From Octopus vulgaris (Eukaryota), in the NCBI GenBank assembly GCA_951406725.2, contig OX597818.1, forward strand, positions 17,546,001 through 17,610,000: a DNA stretch of 64,000 nucleotides, in the 5' to 3' direction. A program made the translations under genes and the position numbers. Numbering within the stretch: position 1 is the first letter of the stretch; each line of letters starts with the position of its first letter. The notes below the pieces were generated by a model that was given only the letters and a program-made list of their open reading frames with translations, was not told the DNA's origin and did not search any database. Of this stretch, positions 22,018-36,337 are shown one piece after another.

Positions 22018-24069
22018 TTTTTCGATTAATAGCATAAATTCATTTATACTACTAGCAAATATTTTTTTGAAAATTGATTTTTCTCAACTCTGAACCTTAC
22101 TGGTCATTGGATATGCTAGAAACAACAGCCAAATCTCCCTTTAATCACAAACCTTTTCGGATGAAAATATAATCCCCCGCTCCAATCCCACCCCAAAAAG
22201 GCCTCTCATATAGTCTTAAGTGCATAGTGCCACCAAAATAGGTCGTGAGGGAGGACGATGGGAAGGAAGGAAAATATTTTCCGTTCCGAAAAATTTTTTT
22301 CTTTTTGTTAAGAAGATGTTCCAGATCATTTATTTCCAAGAACACCCCGAAGAAAAGAATTCTGAAAAATCCCCGTCAAAACGGAGAAATTCCAACTTAT
22401 GTGGGCCACCTACTGTTGACGTCCACCCCAAAGCTAAACAACATGAAGTTATATAACGCGGCCTCTGCTCAGCTTGACCACAGTCCGAGAATTTCAATTA
22501 ACTGAGATTAGCCATACATTTTGTAGGTAAGACCCTCCACTAGAGACGTTTATATTTAAAAAAAAAAGAAAGAAAGGGAGGTAAATCTAATGCGACCTGA
22601 TTGAATTTTTGGAACATACAGAAAATCTTCCAATATCTATGTGTGAGTGTCATTGTGTCTGTGTTTGTTCCCCCGTCATCGCTTGGCTATCGGTATTGGT
22701 TTGTTTACATCCTTGTAACAGTTTGGCAAAAAGCCCAATAGAATATGCACCAGGTTTGAAAAAAGAATTACTGAAGTCAATTCATTTGGTTAAAAATTCT
22801 TCAAGGCAGTGCCTCAGCATGGCCACAATCAAATGACTGAAGCAAGTACAAATAAAAGATATATATGTAAATATATAAATATATAACCCGAGACCATAAC
22901 CCATGGCCTCGGTCCACTTATGCATACCTTTCCTTCTTGGGACACAAAACTCTATTTGTGAAGACCTGTTGAGGCAAGTGAAAATCAAAATCAAAATCAA
23001 AATCGATCAACATCAATAGAAATTGTAGCTGTGATACCAGTGCCGGTGGCACATAAGAGAACCATCCGAACGTGGTCGTTGCCAGCGCCGCCCTGACTGG
23101 CTTCCATGCCAGTGGCACGTAAAAAAGCACTATCTGCTCGTGGCTGTTTGCCAGCCTCGTCTGGCACCTATGCCGGTGGCACGTAAAAAGCACCCACTAC
23201 ACTCATGGAGTGGTTGGTATTAGGAAGGGCATCCAGCCGTAGAAACATTGCCAGATCAGACTGGGCCTGGTGCAGCCTTCTGGCTTCCCAGACCCCAGTT
23301 GCACCGTTCAACCTATGCCAGTATGGAAAGCGGACGCTAAACGATGATGATGATGATATAAAATAGTTTATAGACATACATGTGTGGTTGTGTGGTTAGA
23401 AGTTTGTTTCCCAACCACATGGTTTCGGGTTCAGTCCCCTTGTCGGGCACTTTGGGCAAGTGTCTTCCACCCCATGCCAAGCAAAGCCTTGTGAGTGGAT
23501 TTGGTTGACAGAAACTTAAAGAAGCCTGTTGTGTGTGTGTGTGTGTGTGTGCACATCCATGCATGCATGCATGTGTGCTTGCATTTACAAAGAGAGGGAA
23601 TATAGCAATACCAGTTATTGATGCAACAGGATGGGCAAGGGAAAAATAACTGTAGGTATTTCTTCTGCATACTAAATACAAATATTAGACTAATTCCACT
23701 ATTATGGTACATTTGGTGTACCTTCTAAAACTTTTAGCTAATTGATCTTATTAAAATAATCTCCCTTGCTTTTTCCCCTTTTTTTTTCTTTCAGATTTTA
23801 AGCACTTTTAGAGGGATTTATAGCCTACTAATATCATAACGCTGCCCTTATATAAAATATTGTGACATGAAACTGTGAAATTGTTGCCAATATCAAATGA
23901 CAGACTATGATGGGGAAGATTATGTTGTTTTTAGGTTTTAAACTTCTTTAGAGGGAGCTTTTATCCATTAATTACATGAATCATCTTAGTTAATCAATTT
24001 TTTTTTTCAATTCATTCACTACATTATGTTTGTGAGACCTTAGCGTATTTTATTTATCCTATTTGTGAG

Positions 24070-24204
24070 TGTTTGTGTGTGTATCTCTATGTGTGTGTGT
24101 AGTATGTATATATATATATATGTATATATATGTATATATATATATATGTATATGTATATATATATGTATATATATATATGTATATGTATATATATATGTA
24201 TATA

Positions 24205-24251
<47 letters not shown>

Positions 24252-24402
24252 GTATATATATATATGTATATATATATATGTATATATATATATGTATATA
24301 TATATATGTATATATATATGTATGTATGTATATATATGTATGTATGTATATGTATGTATATATATGTATGTATGTATATATATGTATGTATGTATATGTA
24401 TG

Positions 24403-24443
<41 letters not shown>

Positions 24444-24492
24444 GTATATGTATGTATGTATATGTATGTATGTATATATATATATATGAATA

Positions 24493-24533
<41 letters not shown>
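24070..24533. repeat. Compound (TG)n/(TA)n/(TATG)n microsatellite
   Basis: Direct inspection; source of the spurious YI/MY-rich ORFs. Confidence 0.97.
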
Positions 24534-24535
<2 letters not shown>

Positions 24536-25169
24536 CGGAGGATAACTGTCGGAGGATCACAGTTTCGATTCCCAGACCGGGCGTTGTGTGTGTTTATTGA
24601 GCGAAAACACCTAAAAGCTCCACGAGGCTCCAGCAGGGGGTGGTGGAGACCCCGGTTGTACTCTCTCACTCCAACTTTCTCTCACTCTCTCTTCCTATTT
24701 CTTGAGTAACGCTGCGATGGACTGGCATCCCGTCCAGCTGGGGGTGAACACATACGCCACAGAAACCAGGAAACCGGGCCCATGAGCCTGGCTAGGCTTG
24801 AAAAGGGCCACATTTATCGTTATATATATATAAGCTACTTTCAAGTGTTGAGCCACACGGGGGCAATGACGAATGACCAAGACCTTTGACATTATGTCGT
24901 GCTTGAGAAGAAGACCCATCAAGCCAAGTAAAATCACAGTCGTGGCAGATACTGGTGTCACACAAGTGGAACCCATTCAAGTGGCATGTAAATGCACCCG
25001 TTACACTTTTGTAGTGGTTAGTGTTAAGAAGGGCATCCAGCCATAGAAACCATGCCAAATCAGATAGGAGTCTGGTACAGCCTTCCAGTTTGCCAGCCCT
25101 GGTCAAACTTTCCAACCCATACCAGCATGGACAATTAGTGTTAAAGGATGATGATGATGATATATATAT

Positions 25170-25715
25170 ATCATCATCATCATCATCGTTTAGTGTCCGC
25201 TTTCCATGCTGGCATGGGTTGGACGGTGCAACTGGAGTCTGGGAAGCCAGGAGGCTGCACCAGGCCCAGTCTGTTTCTACGGCTGGATGCCCTTCCTAAT
25301 GCCAACCACTCCATGAATGTAGTGGGTGCTTTTTACGTGCCACCGGCACAGGTGCCAGACGAGGCTAGCAAACGGCCACAATCGGATGGTGTTTTCTACG
25401 TGCCACTGGCACGGAGGCCAGACGAGGCTGGCAACAGCCACAATCAGATGGTGCTTTTTACATGCCACCGGCACGGAAGCCAGTCGGGGTGGCGCTGGCA
25501 ACGGCCACGTTCAGATGATTCTCTTATGTGCCACCAGCACTGGTATCACAGCTACAATTTCCATTGATGTTGATCGATTTTGGTTTGATTTTCACTTGCC
25601 TCAACAGGTCTTCACAAGTAGAGTTTTGTGTCCCAAGAAGGAAAGGTATGCATAAGTGGACTGAGGCCATGGATTATGGTCTCACTTGTCCTGCCGGGTC
25701 TTCTCACACACAGCA
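25170..25715 (-). mobile_element. RTE-3'-end-related repeat with (gat)n tail (family D); many copies, e.g. 12290, 22889-23357, 24840, 26220, 28128, 34076, 57140, 62105, 63550
   Basis: Shared gttaggaagggcatccagctgtagaaac...gcatggaaa.cagacgttaaatgatgatgat. Segments match the 3' end of the RTE at 43400-43760. Confidence 0.75.
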
Positions 25716-27284
25716 TATATATATATATATATATAAATGTATGTATGTATATGTATGCAACTGTTAGTGTTATATAAGTTATTGCCCTGCCTTGCCCCAT
25801 CCCCCCAGGAAATTGATATCATCTGACAACTAATCTCACTCACATGTCGGTGACTAGCAGCAGCTAATCAAATATGGTTGCTGTTACTACTACTACTACC
25901 ACTATTACAACCATCAACACCACCAATCCCACCAACCCCGTGGCCTGTATCCACAGAGAGAACCTCAGTAAAAGCTATCACTGTAGAACTCTTACATTGT
26001 GGAAAGACAGAAATAACTTGTGCCTTACTGTGTTTAGCTTCTGCCTTTATGTGCCGAGTTCAAATCTTGATGCAGTCAGCTCCTTCTTTAGCTTTGACTC
26101 CCCTTCTGTGATGATTGACTGCAGCAGCCCTCACATAAACTTCTTCATGCAGTCATACATTGAAGTTGATTCCTAAATCACACATTAGAATTCATTCATT
26201 TAAATGTACCCTCATCATCCCTCATCATCATCATCATCATCATCATCACAATCATCATTATTAATATTCGTTTTTCATGCTTGTATGGGTTGGACAGTTT
26301 GACAAGATCCTTCGAGTCACAGGGCTACATTACACACCAGTGTCAGCTTTGGCATGGTTTCTATGGCTGGATGTCCTTCTTAACACCAACCACTTTACGC
26401 AGAGTACTGGATGCTCTTATTGTACTACTGGAACTGGTAAGGTTACCATCCAAGTAACTTCAAGATAGAAAAAGAACAGGGAAAAAAATGAAGCCCCCCC
26501 CCCTGCCACCATGAAACTATAAATGTGGGGAGCACCACCTTGAAGGATTTAGTCAAGCAAATCAACTATTGTACTTATTTTTCGCTCTTTCTAGGCTTGA
26601 TACTTATTATATCCGTTTCTTTTCATCAAACTACTAGGTTACAGGGATGTAAGCAATATTGATGTAAGCAACACTATTTATGGTAGTGTAAAGTATTAAA
26701 AGTACATCACAAAGATGTTATAGTGAATGATTAGCATTACTAACACAGTTATGCATGTGTACCCGTAACTTCCTTAACAATGTACTTGTTATTCTTGGCA
26801 ATGTCAGTGGATAGGTCTCTTGACTCTCAGAAAGATGATATTTACAAACAGTGGTCAGTGGTACTTTATTTGTTTCTTCTGGTCAACCTTATAGAAGATT
26901 TTTTGTGATACTGGCCTGTTGGTTTACAGACCAGATCCAGTTTCATCTTGCATTTTCTGTATATTTTCCAAAAATTCCACTAAATCTCACTGGAGTTATT
27001 TGCTTTGCTTTTTGTTGGGTTTTTTTTTCAGAATTTAAATACTTATTGTATTTAAATGTGTGTTTGCATATTTTATTTTGTTTGTTTTAGTCATTTGACT
27101 GTGGCCATGCTGGAGCACTGCCTTTAGTCGATCAAATCGACCCCAGGATTTATTCTTTGTAAGCCTAGTACTTATTCTGTCAGTGTCTTTTGCCAAACTG
27201 CTAAGTTATGTGGACGTAAATACACCAGTATTGGTTGTCAAGCGATGTTGGGGGCATAAACACACACATACATACATGTAAATA

Positions 27285-27321
<37 letters not shown>

Positions 27322-27754
27322 CGACTGGCTTCTTTCAGTTTCCGTCTACCAAATCCACTAACAAGGCTTTAGTTGGCCCATAGCTATAGTAGAAGACACT
27401 CGCCCAAGGTGCCACGCAGTGGGACTGAACCCAGAACCATGTGGTTGGTAAGCAAGATACTTACTGTACAGCCGCTCCTATGCCTTTAATCTTTAATCTT
27501 TTCTTTTACTTGTTTCAATTATTAGACTGCGGCCATGCTGGGGCACTGCCTTGAAGGTTTTTAGTCAAATGAATCAACTCCAGTACAGTTTTTTTTAAGC
27601 CTAGTACTTATTCTATTGATCTCTCTTGCTGAACTGCTAAGTTACAGGGACGTAAATTCACCAACTCCATTTGTCAACTAGTGGTTTGGAGACAAACACA
27701 CACACACACAGTTCAAATTTACAGCAAACAAGAGATGAAAAAAGGTCTCAATCA

Positions 27755-28088
27755 TGGATAGCTGAAAGAGAGGGTTTACGTCAACAAACCGGAAACTCTG
27801 GTGCAACTGAAGGAGAACATCAATAAAGAAATCAGAGAAGTGGTGTCTGAAACTCTTGAGGGTGTTATGGTGCAAGTTTTGGAAAGAGCATGGGCACGTG
27901 AAGCCAAAATGGCTGCCATTTAAGTGATGTCATTTTTCATATGTGATGTAGTGGCATTGCAAAATTTGACTTGTGTATATTAATTTCCATAATGTCCTTT
28001 ACATTGTATCAAAATTTCATGCATTAATTTGTAAAGTTAAGGAAGCTGTTAAAAACTGAACCCCATCAGTGACTTTTGGGACACCCTG
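27755..28088 (+). mobile_element. Tc1/mariner 3' fragment
   Basis: LKERVYVNKPETLVQLKENINKEI... C-terminal motif; ends gggacaccctg|TA. Confidence 0.65.
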
Positions 28089-28096
28089 TATATGTG

Positions 28097-28131
<35 letters not shown>

Positions 28132-29288
28132 TCATCATCATTTAATGCCTATTATCCATGCTGGCATGGGTTGGAGAGTTTGACCGGGCTGCCATGCTGG
28201 AAGGCTGCACCAGACTCCAGTCTGCTTTGGCATGGTTTTCTACAGCTGGATGCCCTTCCTAATGCCAACTACTCCGAGAGTGTAACATGTACATATATGT
28301 GTGTGATAGTGTGTGTGCGTATGTATACACATACTCATGCAGAAACATACTTATGCATATATAGTGACCTTCTCCACTTATTAATGTATATTTCATGTCC
28401 TCTGTTTGCAGATATTTCTAATCTGTGTTTGTTTTGATTAACATTACAATCTACTATTGTAAAGATAAATAATAATTCGGTCAAGGTCATCTACTGTGAA
28501 CAATTTTTAGAGCAATTAAATTAATGAAAGTTCATGTCCAAAGTTTCCTTGATGTTTACATTAGTTCTGGCCAATCACACTCTACTTCTGTTCCTCACTT
28601 GTTCTTCTTTGAACCACTTCTTTCCCACTACTTCCAAGAAATAACACTTATTCAATGGTTTCAATTTTTATTATATTTTTGTTAAGACTTTAAAAATCTG
28701 ATATTAGGAGGACAAACCTCTTGAAAATTGCAATTGTTTATGACGTAGGTGATCCAGAATACTTGGAGGTGCGAGTTTACTAAGGAAATTAGGACATGGC
28801 TATATTGTTGAGAGTTTAAGTATTAGAATTTGGTTGGTTATATCTGTCTGGGACAACAGAGGCTAGGAAAAATAAGGTGGTTCTACACTGTTCCAAACCC
28901 TTGAACTTTTGAACCAGGGTCCTATAACTTCACCATAATCATCATCATCGTTGCCATCATTACCATCACCATCATCATCATTATTATTATTTAATGTCCA
29001 CTTTTTGTATGCTTGCATGGTTCAGACAGAATTTTTTAATTTTGCCGTGTGCCAAAATTTGAAATCAACATTAAGATAGCTTTAAACTTGTCCAACACTG
29101 TGACAAAGAAAGGTAGGAGTGGCTGTGTGGTAAGTAGCCTGCTTACAAACCACATGGTTCCGGGTTCAGTCCGACTGCATGGCACCTTGGGCAAGTGTCT
29201 TCTACTATAGCCTCGGGCCGACCAAAGCCTTGTGAGTGGATTTGGTAGACGGAAACTGAAAGAAGCCCGTCGTCTATATGTTTATATG

Positions 29289-29335
<47 letters not shown>

Positions 29336-32300
29336 CTGCATATGTTTGTGTAGCTGTGTTTATGTCCCCGTAACTTAGCAGTTTGGCAAAAGACACTGAC
29401 AGAATAAGTACTAGGCTTACAAAGAATAAGTCCTGGGGTCAATTTGCTCGAATAAAGGCGGTGCTCTAGCATAGCCACAGTCAAATGACTTAAACACATA
29501 AAAGAGTAAAAGAGTAAAGATAAGAAACTTATTCTGTCTGCTTTTTAATAAAGAGTAGGGAAAGGTTAAAAAAATTGACTAATATCTGTGTGTAGTGGTG
29601 GACTAATATTTATCAGTTTTAGTATCACTGTTGTAATGTTATAATAATATTTAATTGACACTTGGATGTTTCCTAAACCTGTCTGTGTTGTTTCTCTCTG
29701 CTCCAATAATTACCACCACAACTATCACTAGAAAGTAATTATAGGGTTTAGATACTACTACTACTACTGGCCACCATCACTACTACTATCACTAATCCCT
29801 AATCATCTCTGCTTTTGTATGTTGTGACAAAGGTTAAATACTTTAATACTCTGTTTAGCTGACGGGAATAATGGAAGTCAAGTGCTAGTGTGGATATATG
29901 TGTATGACTATATAATTATATATGTGTAACTATGCAATTATGTGTATGTATGTGTGTGATTATTTCATTATGTGTATGTGTATTAGTGGTGGAGACTAAG
30001 TATGTTGTGTATGTGTGTAGGTGTGTGTAAATAGACAAGCCTATATACATGTCTTAAAACTCCTTATGTAACACATTTTTTTTTTCTACTGAAATCAAGT
30101 TTAAAAATAGGAATATCTCGGGTTTTGACTGTTAAGTTTTCCTCCCACCTATTTTTATTGATAAGAATTATAAAGTGGTACAGCTTCATTTTGAGATAAT
30201 TTTTATTGTATATTGGTACAGTTTATACTCTTTTACTTGTTTCAGTCATTTGACTGCAGCCATGCTGGAGCACTGCCTTTAGTCGAGCAAATCAACCCCA
30301 GGACTTATTCTTTGTAAGCCTAGTACTTATTCTATCAGTCTCTTTTGCTGAACCGCTAAGTGACGGGGATGTAAACACACCAGCATTGGTTGTCAAGTGA
30401 TGTTGGGGGACAAACACAAACACACACACACATATACATATATATATATATATATATACAACCGGCTTCTTTCAGTTTCCGTCAACCAAATCCACTCACA
30501 AGGCTTTGGTCAGCCCAAGGCTATAGCAGAAGACATGTGTCCAAGGTGTGACGCTGTGGGACTGAACCCGGAACCATGTGGTTCGTAAGCAGGCTACTTA
30601 CCACACAGCCACTCCTACGCCTAGGAGTTTATATAAAACGAACTATTAAGAGCTTAATATATTGGGTTATGAAATAGGTTTGTCTGTGCGGGTGCGGAGA
30701 GAGAGAGAGAGAAGGAAAGGGACAAGTAGGTGATTCTGTAAAATCATGTGTGTATTTACGCATACAATCATATGACAATGGTGTTTCCATTGTTTGTTTT
30801 TGTATAAATAAGCTTAAACATACACATACTGTTGCACACACATACATGCACTCACATACACACACTTGTACACTCACTTTTATATGCTGTCTACACACAC
30901 CTCATATTCTTCCCTTTTTACATACACACACACTCACTCATTCTCTCCCCCTTATTCTTCCCCCCCACTCTCTCACTGAATACGTGCAGCAAGATCAAAG
31001 ATCAAAACAACCAAAGTGATTTTGCAATCTGAAACTTCACACTGAAGCCCAATTATAAACAATTGTTGGTAAGTAGCTTGCTAACCAACTTTATGGTTCC
31101 GGGTTCAGTCCCACTGCGTGGCATCTTGGGCAAGTGTCTTCTGCTATAGCCCCGGGCTGACCAATGCCTTGTGAGTGGATTTGGTAGACGGAAACTGAAA
31201 GAAGCCTGTCGTATATATGTATTTATTTATATATATATATATATGTATGTATGTGTGTGTGTGTATATGTCTGTGTGTCTGTGTTTGTCCCCCTAGCATT
31301 GCTTGACAACCGATGCTGGTGTGTTTACGTCCCCGTCACTTAGCGGTTCGGCAAAAGATACCGATAGAATAAGTACTGGGCTTACAAAGAATAAGTCCCG
31401 GGGTCGATTTGCTTGACTAAAAGTGGTGCTCCAGCATGGCCACAGTCAAATGACTGAAACAAGTAAAAGAGTAAAGAGAGAGTTAGGGTTTGATCCGGAT
31501 GATGAGAGAAGGTTGGGTATTGATCATGTATCACTGGCCAGCCTCTATCAATACAGTTTGACATTCAAGGTGGAGACGCAATGGCCCAGTGGTTAGGGCA
31601 GCAGACTCGTGGTTGGAGGATCGCGATTTCAATTCCCAGACCGGGTGTTGTGTGTGTTTATTGAACGAAAACACCTAAAAAGCTCCACGAGACTCCAACA
31701 GGGGCTGGTGGCGACCCCTGTTGTACTCTTTCGCCCCCAACTTTCTCTCACTCTTTCTTCCTGTTTCTTGAATAATGCTGCGATGGACTGGCGTCCCGTC
31801 CAGCTGGGGGGAACACATATGCCATAGAAACCGGGAAACCGGGCCCATGCACCTGGCTAGGCTTGAAAAGGGCGCATAAATAAATAAAATTGATATTCAA
31901 GCAACATGTACTTGTGAAAAGTTTCTGATTCTCAACAACAAACGCAAACAACAATAACATCATCACCATCATTATCATCATCACCATTATCATCATCATC
32001 GTTGCCATCATTACCATCACCGTCATCATCATTATTATTATTTAATGTCCACTTTGTGTATGCTTGCATGGTTCAGACAGAATTTTTTAAGGCATATTTT
32101 CTACAGCTGGATGCCCTTCCTGTTGCCAGCCCTCCCCTGTTTTCAAAGCAAGGAAATATTTACCCCATAAACTGATCTGTTTTCATTGAAGATTTTAAAT
32201 GAAGGACACAGCTTGCATAACAGTGATGCTTGTTTACAGCTATCACATGAAGTCAGGGCAAGGAGAGGATAACACATACACACATGCACATATATATTTT

Positions 32301-33985
32301 CATATGCAGTCATAAATGACAGAAATAGTTTCATGAAATTTTCTTTAACAATAGGTGCAGGTGTGGCTGTGTGGTAAGAAGTATGCTTCCCAACCATATG
32401 GTTCCAGGTTCAGTCCCACTGCGTGGCACCTTGGCAAGTGTCTTCTACTCTAGTCTCGAGCCAACCAAAGCCTTGTGAGTGGATTTGGTAGATGGAAACT
32501 GAAAGAAGCCCCTTGTGTGTGTATATATATATATATATATATAAATTATAATTTAGGGTATCTAAGAGATACCACCACGCTGATTACCTTTGAAGGTTTT
32601 TATTCCCATGCTGGCCACTCGATAAGATCGATATTAAAATAATGATCTTATCCTTAATTATATAAATTTATATATGTGTGTGTGTGTGTTTGTGTGTGTA
32701 TGTATGTGTGTGTATATATTTGTGTGTCTGTGTTAGTCCCTACACCATTGCTTGACAACCGATGTTGATGTGTCTACATCCCTGTAACTTACAGAATAAG
32801 TACTAGGTTTACAAAGAATAAGTTCTGGGCTCGATTTGTTCAACTAAAGGCGATACTCCAGCATGGGCGTAGTCAAATGACTGAAACAAGTAAAAGAATA
32901 AAAGAATAATAAAAAAAATTATCATTATCACGACAAATTGTTTTGTAACTTAAAAACATGTAAATAATTTATATTATATTTAATAATAAATATTTTACTT
33001 ACATGTCTGTATTAATGCGAAATGCAAAAAAAACCCCTTCAAAATAATGCAGAATTTAATCTACATACAATGTATTCTATATTATGATACATTAAGGAAC
33101 TTTTTTTATGAGTACCACTGGATTATTTGAATCCATATATTGTGACTTAAATATATTCATATACATATGTCTTATCTTTTATCCTTTACGTGTTTCAGTC
33201 ATTTAGACTGTGGCCATGCTGGGGCACTGCCTTGAAGAATTTTCAGTTGAATGAATCAACCCCAGTACTTACATTTTTTGCTAAGCTTAGTACTTATTCT
33301 ATTAGACTCTTTTAATGAACCGCTAATTTACAGGGATGTAAACTCACCAACACCGGTTGTCAAGTGGGGTTGGTGGGGGACAAACACAGACACAAAGACA
33401 CACACACACACACACACACGCACACACACACACACTCATATATATAATTTATTAAACACAATATATATTTTTTATGAGTTACTGATACTTTCATGTGATG
33501 AAAACATTTCAGACAGTATTTTTTAACACATCTGGTGCCTTCATGCGATCCTGCATGAAGGCACCAGATGTATTAAAAGACTGTGTCTGAGGTGTGTTCA
33601 TCGCATGAAAGTATTAGTAGCTCTTAAAAATATATATTGTGTTTATTAAATTATATTTTTCTTTCACCAGATGGAGTACTTTCTTTGTTAATCTTACCAT
33701 TATAGAACAGTAAACTATATATATATATATACACACACAATAGGATTTTTCCAGTTTCTGTCTACCAAATCCACTCACAAGTTTTGGTTGGCCTTAGGTT
33801 ATATATATGTGATGTGTATATATAAGAAGCTTGCTTCTGAACCACATGGTTTCAGGTTCAGTCCCACTGCATGGCACTTTGAGCAAGTGTCTTCTATAGC
33901 CTCAGGCTATAGTAGAAGCCTTAGGAGTGGATTTGGTAGATGGAAACTGAAAGAAGCTCGTTGTATATATATGTATGTATGTATG

Positions 33986-34034
<49 letters not shown>

Positions 34035-34533
34035 GTATTTATATATATATATATCTATATATATATATATATATATCATCATCATCATCATCATCATCAT
34101 CGTCGTCGTTTAACGTCCGTTCTCCATGCTAGCATGGGTTGGACGGTTCGACCGGGGATCTGGGAAGCCAGAAGGCTGCACCAGGCTCCAGTCTTATCTG
34201 GCAGTGTTTCTACAGCTGGATGCCCTTCCTAACGCCAACCACTCTGTGAGTGTAGTGGGTGCTTTTTACGTGCCACCTGCACATATTGTGTGTGTGTCTG
34301 TGTATGTGTTTGTCCCGCCATCTCTGCTTGACAACCAGTGATGGTGTGTTTACATCCCCATAACTTAGCAGTTCAGCAAAAGAGACTGATAGAATAAGTA
34401 CTAGACTTTAAAAAAAGTCCTGGGGTCAATTTATTCAACTAAAACATTTCAAGGTGGTGCCCCAGCATGGCCGCAATCAGTCAGACTGAAGCAAGTACTA
34501 GAATAAAAGAATATATACATTCTTACAAATATT

Positions 34534-34749
34534 CAAGGGGATGCTGAAAAGATTCTGGCTTTCGGTAAAAGAAAACGCAGGTGGATCAGTTAATTATGAT
34601 TTTATTTAACATATTCCCTTCTCAGATTCACACACATGTTGCAGCAGTCCTTCAGTTTTTCAAAGCCCTGTAAAAAAACTCAGAAGGTTAGGCCTCCAAC
34701 AGGCCTTTTGCAATATCCTTAAAACCAGGAACTTTTCAGCACCCCCTTG
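34534..34749. mobile_element. Mariner-derived MITE
   Basis: TIRs caaggggatgctgaaaagattctggcttt / aaaaccaggaacttttcagcacccccttg followed by TA. Confidence 0.75.
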
Positions 34750-36337
34750 TATAATGGATATATGTCTTCCAGTGAGGAAAGCTCAGATGATATAATTTTA
34801 TGCATGTCTAAATCATATATAAAATCAGTTAGTATTATATACCCTCCAATATTTTTCTATAATTTCCTAGTCATTATGAGAATGCAAAAATTCACTACAT
34901 TTCAGAGTTTTCTAATTTCGAAGTATGACTGTCTTAAAAAAAACTAAGCAGTCCATATTATATAATATGGAATATTTTCAAAAGTAAATTTTAAAATCCT
35001 ATTTTTTTATACATACCTGCAAAAAAGGTAAGTGAAAGAGAAAGGGCTAAGCATAGCATATCATAAAGCAAACCAGGAATAAATGTGAACTGAAAATAAA
35101 AAGAAATAAGTGACTTTTTTGTTTTAAAATGTTCTAATTATTTTGCTAAGTATGGGAGACAACTACGGACTTGTTTCAGCCTTATTCTTACCTCTTCACT
35201 GAAGCATAGGCCTGGACAGAACTTTCTGAAGTAGTAATGAAAAAAAGACAGTAAATAAATGTATAAGATTATACATATAAGATCAGAATAAAGCTGGAAC
35301 ATATCCAGAATTATCTGCTATACTTTAGAGAATACTGAAAATAAAGTTAACCATTGATTAATATGGTCTTTTGTTGGCAAATTGATTGAGTTGTTAGAGT
35401 GTTGGTTAGAATGGTATGTATTTGTTCTGGCTTTCTGTGCTACGAGTTCAAATCCTGCCAAGGTCAACTTTAGTACTGGAGCTGGTTCTTCTTTCTATTC
35501 TTTCTTTCTATCAGTTTGTTTCTTTCTTTCTAGAAGAAACCAGCTGTGATAAAATCTGGAGAAGGGCGAGATCTGTTAAACTTTAAAATATCCGAAACCC
35601 TCTGCATGTCATGATCTTATGACCTCACGATTCCTTCAGAAGGCTCAGACTCAAAGCAAAGCAGTAACAGCATTTTGTTTTGCTTTGCACTTTACACCAC
35701 CTATTTCTCGTTTTTTATTTTAATGCACCATTTATTACACGTGTTAACACTAACTAAACAATTATTGTTTCTTGTAGATGGCATCTCTGAATAATTCAGT
35801 TTGTGAACATACAAAGTTTATTTATGTTCTACCCTGCCACTTCTGATATTAAGCACATAGTTATCAGTGTAATTGATATAAACAAAGTACTAAAAAATGT
35901 GTTTGGGTGTATGTATGGGGCATTACATTGTTAGTAATTAATGTATCAGAAATTTGTGGTGTTAGTAATTGATGTATCTGAGATTTGTAGTGTTGTGGTT
36001 CATAGATAATTAGTTTTGTTCGTTTTCTTTTTTTCATTATTAGTCATATGTTGACTAAACTATTATTTTAACAATAACCTAGATTAGAAAAAGGCACAAA
36101 TAAAATAAACAGGTTTTCACATATAAATCATGCCAGCTTGAAACCCACGCTAACAGAAGCTAAAGTAAAGAAAACTAAGATAAGGATAATTAAACAATCA
36201 TACACACGTGCATGCACACACATAAGGGATTTTTATTCAGCTAGGTGGTTAATTGCAATACCAGAGATCTTTCAATCACTGTCTTCCTGTACTGTAGCCA
36301 TAGGTTTTTGACTTAGCTTCTGGTGGGCAGTGTGCAC

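Noticed and set aside
24040-24709. ORFs of 119-214 aa rich in Y/I/M/H
   Set aside because: Translations of (TA)n/(TATG)n microsatellite. The same applies to the many YIYI ORFs elsewhere.
28691-28742. Hammerhead-like CTGATATT-AGGAGG...CCTCTT-GAAA-ATTGCAATTG
   Set aside because: Core lacks G8/A9, the cleavage position would be G, and stem I is weak.
35778-35846. ttgtag|ATGGCATCTCTG as AP5Z1 first coding exon
   Set aside because: No convincing phase-2 donor before a stop. The exon at 20357-20397 fits length, phase and similarity better.
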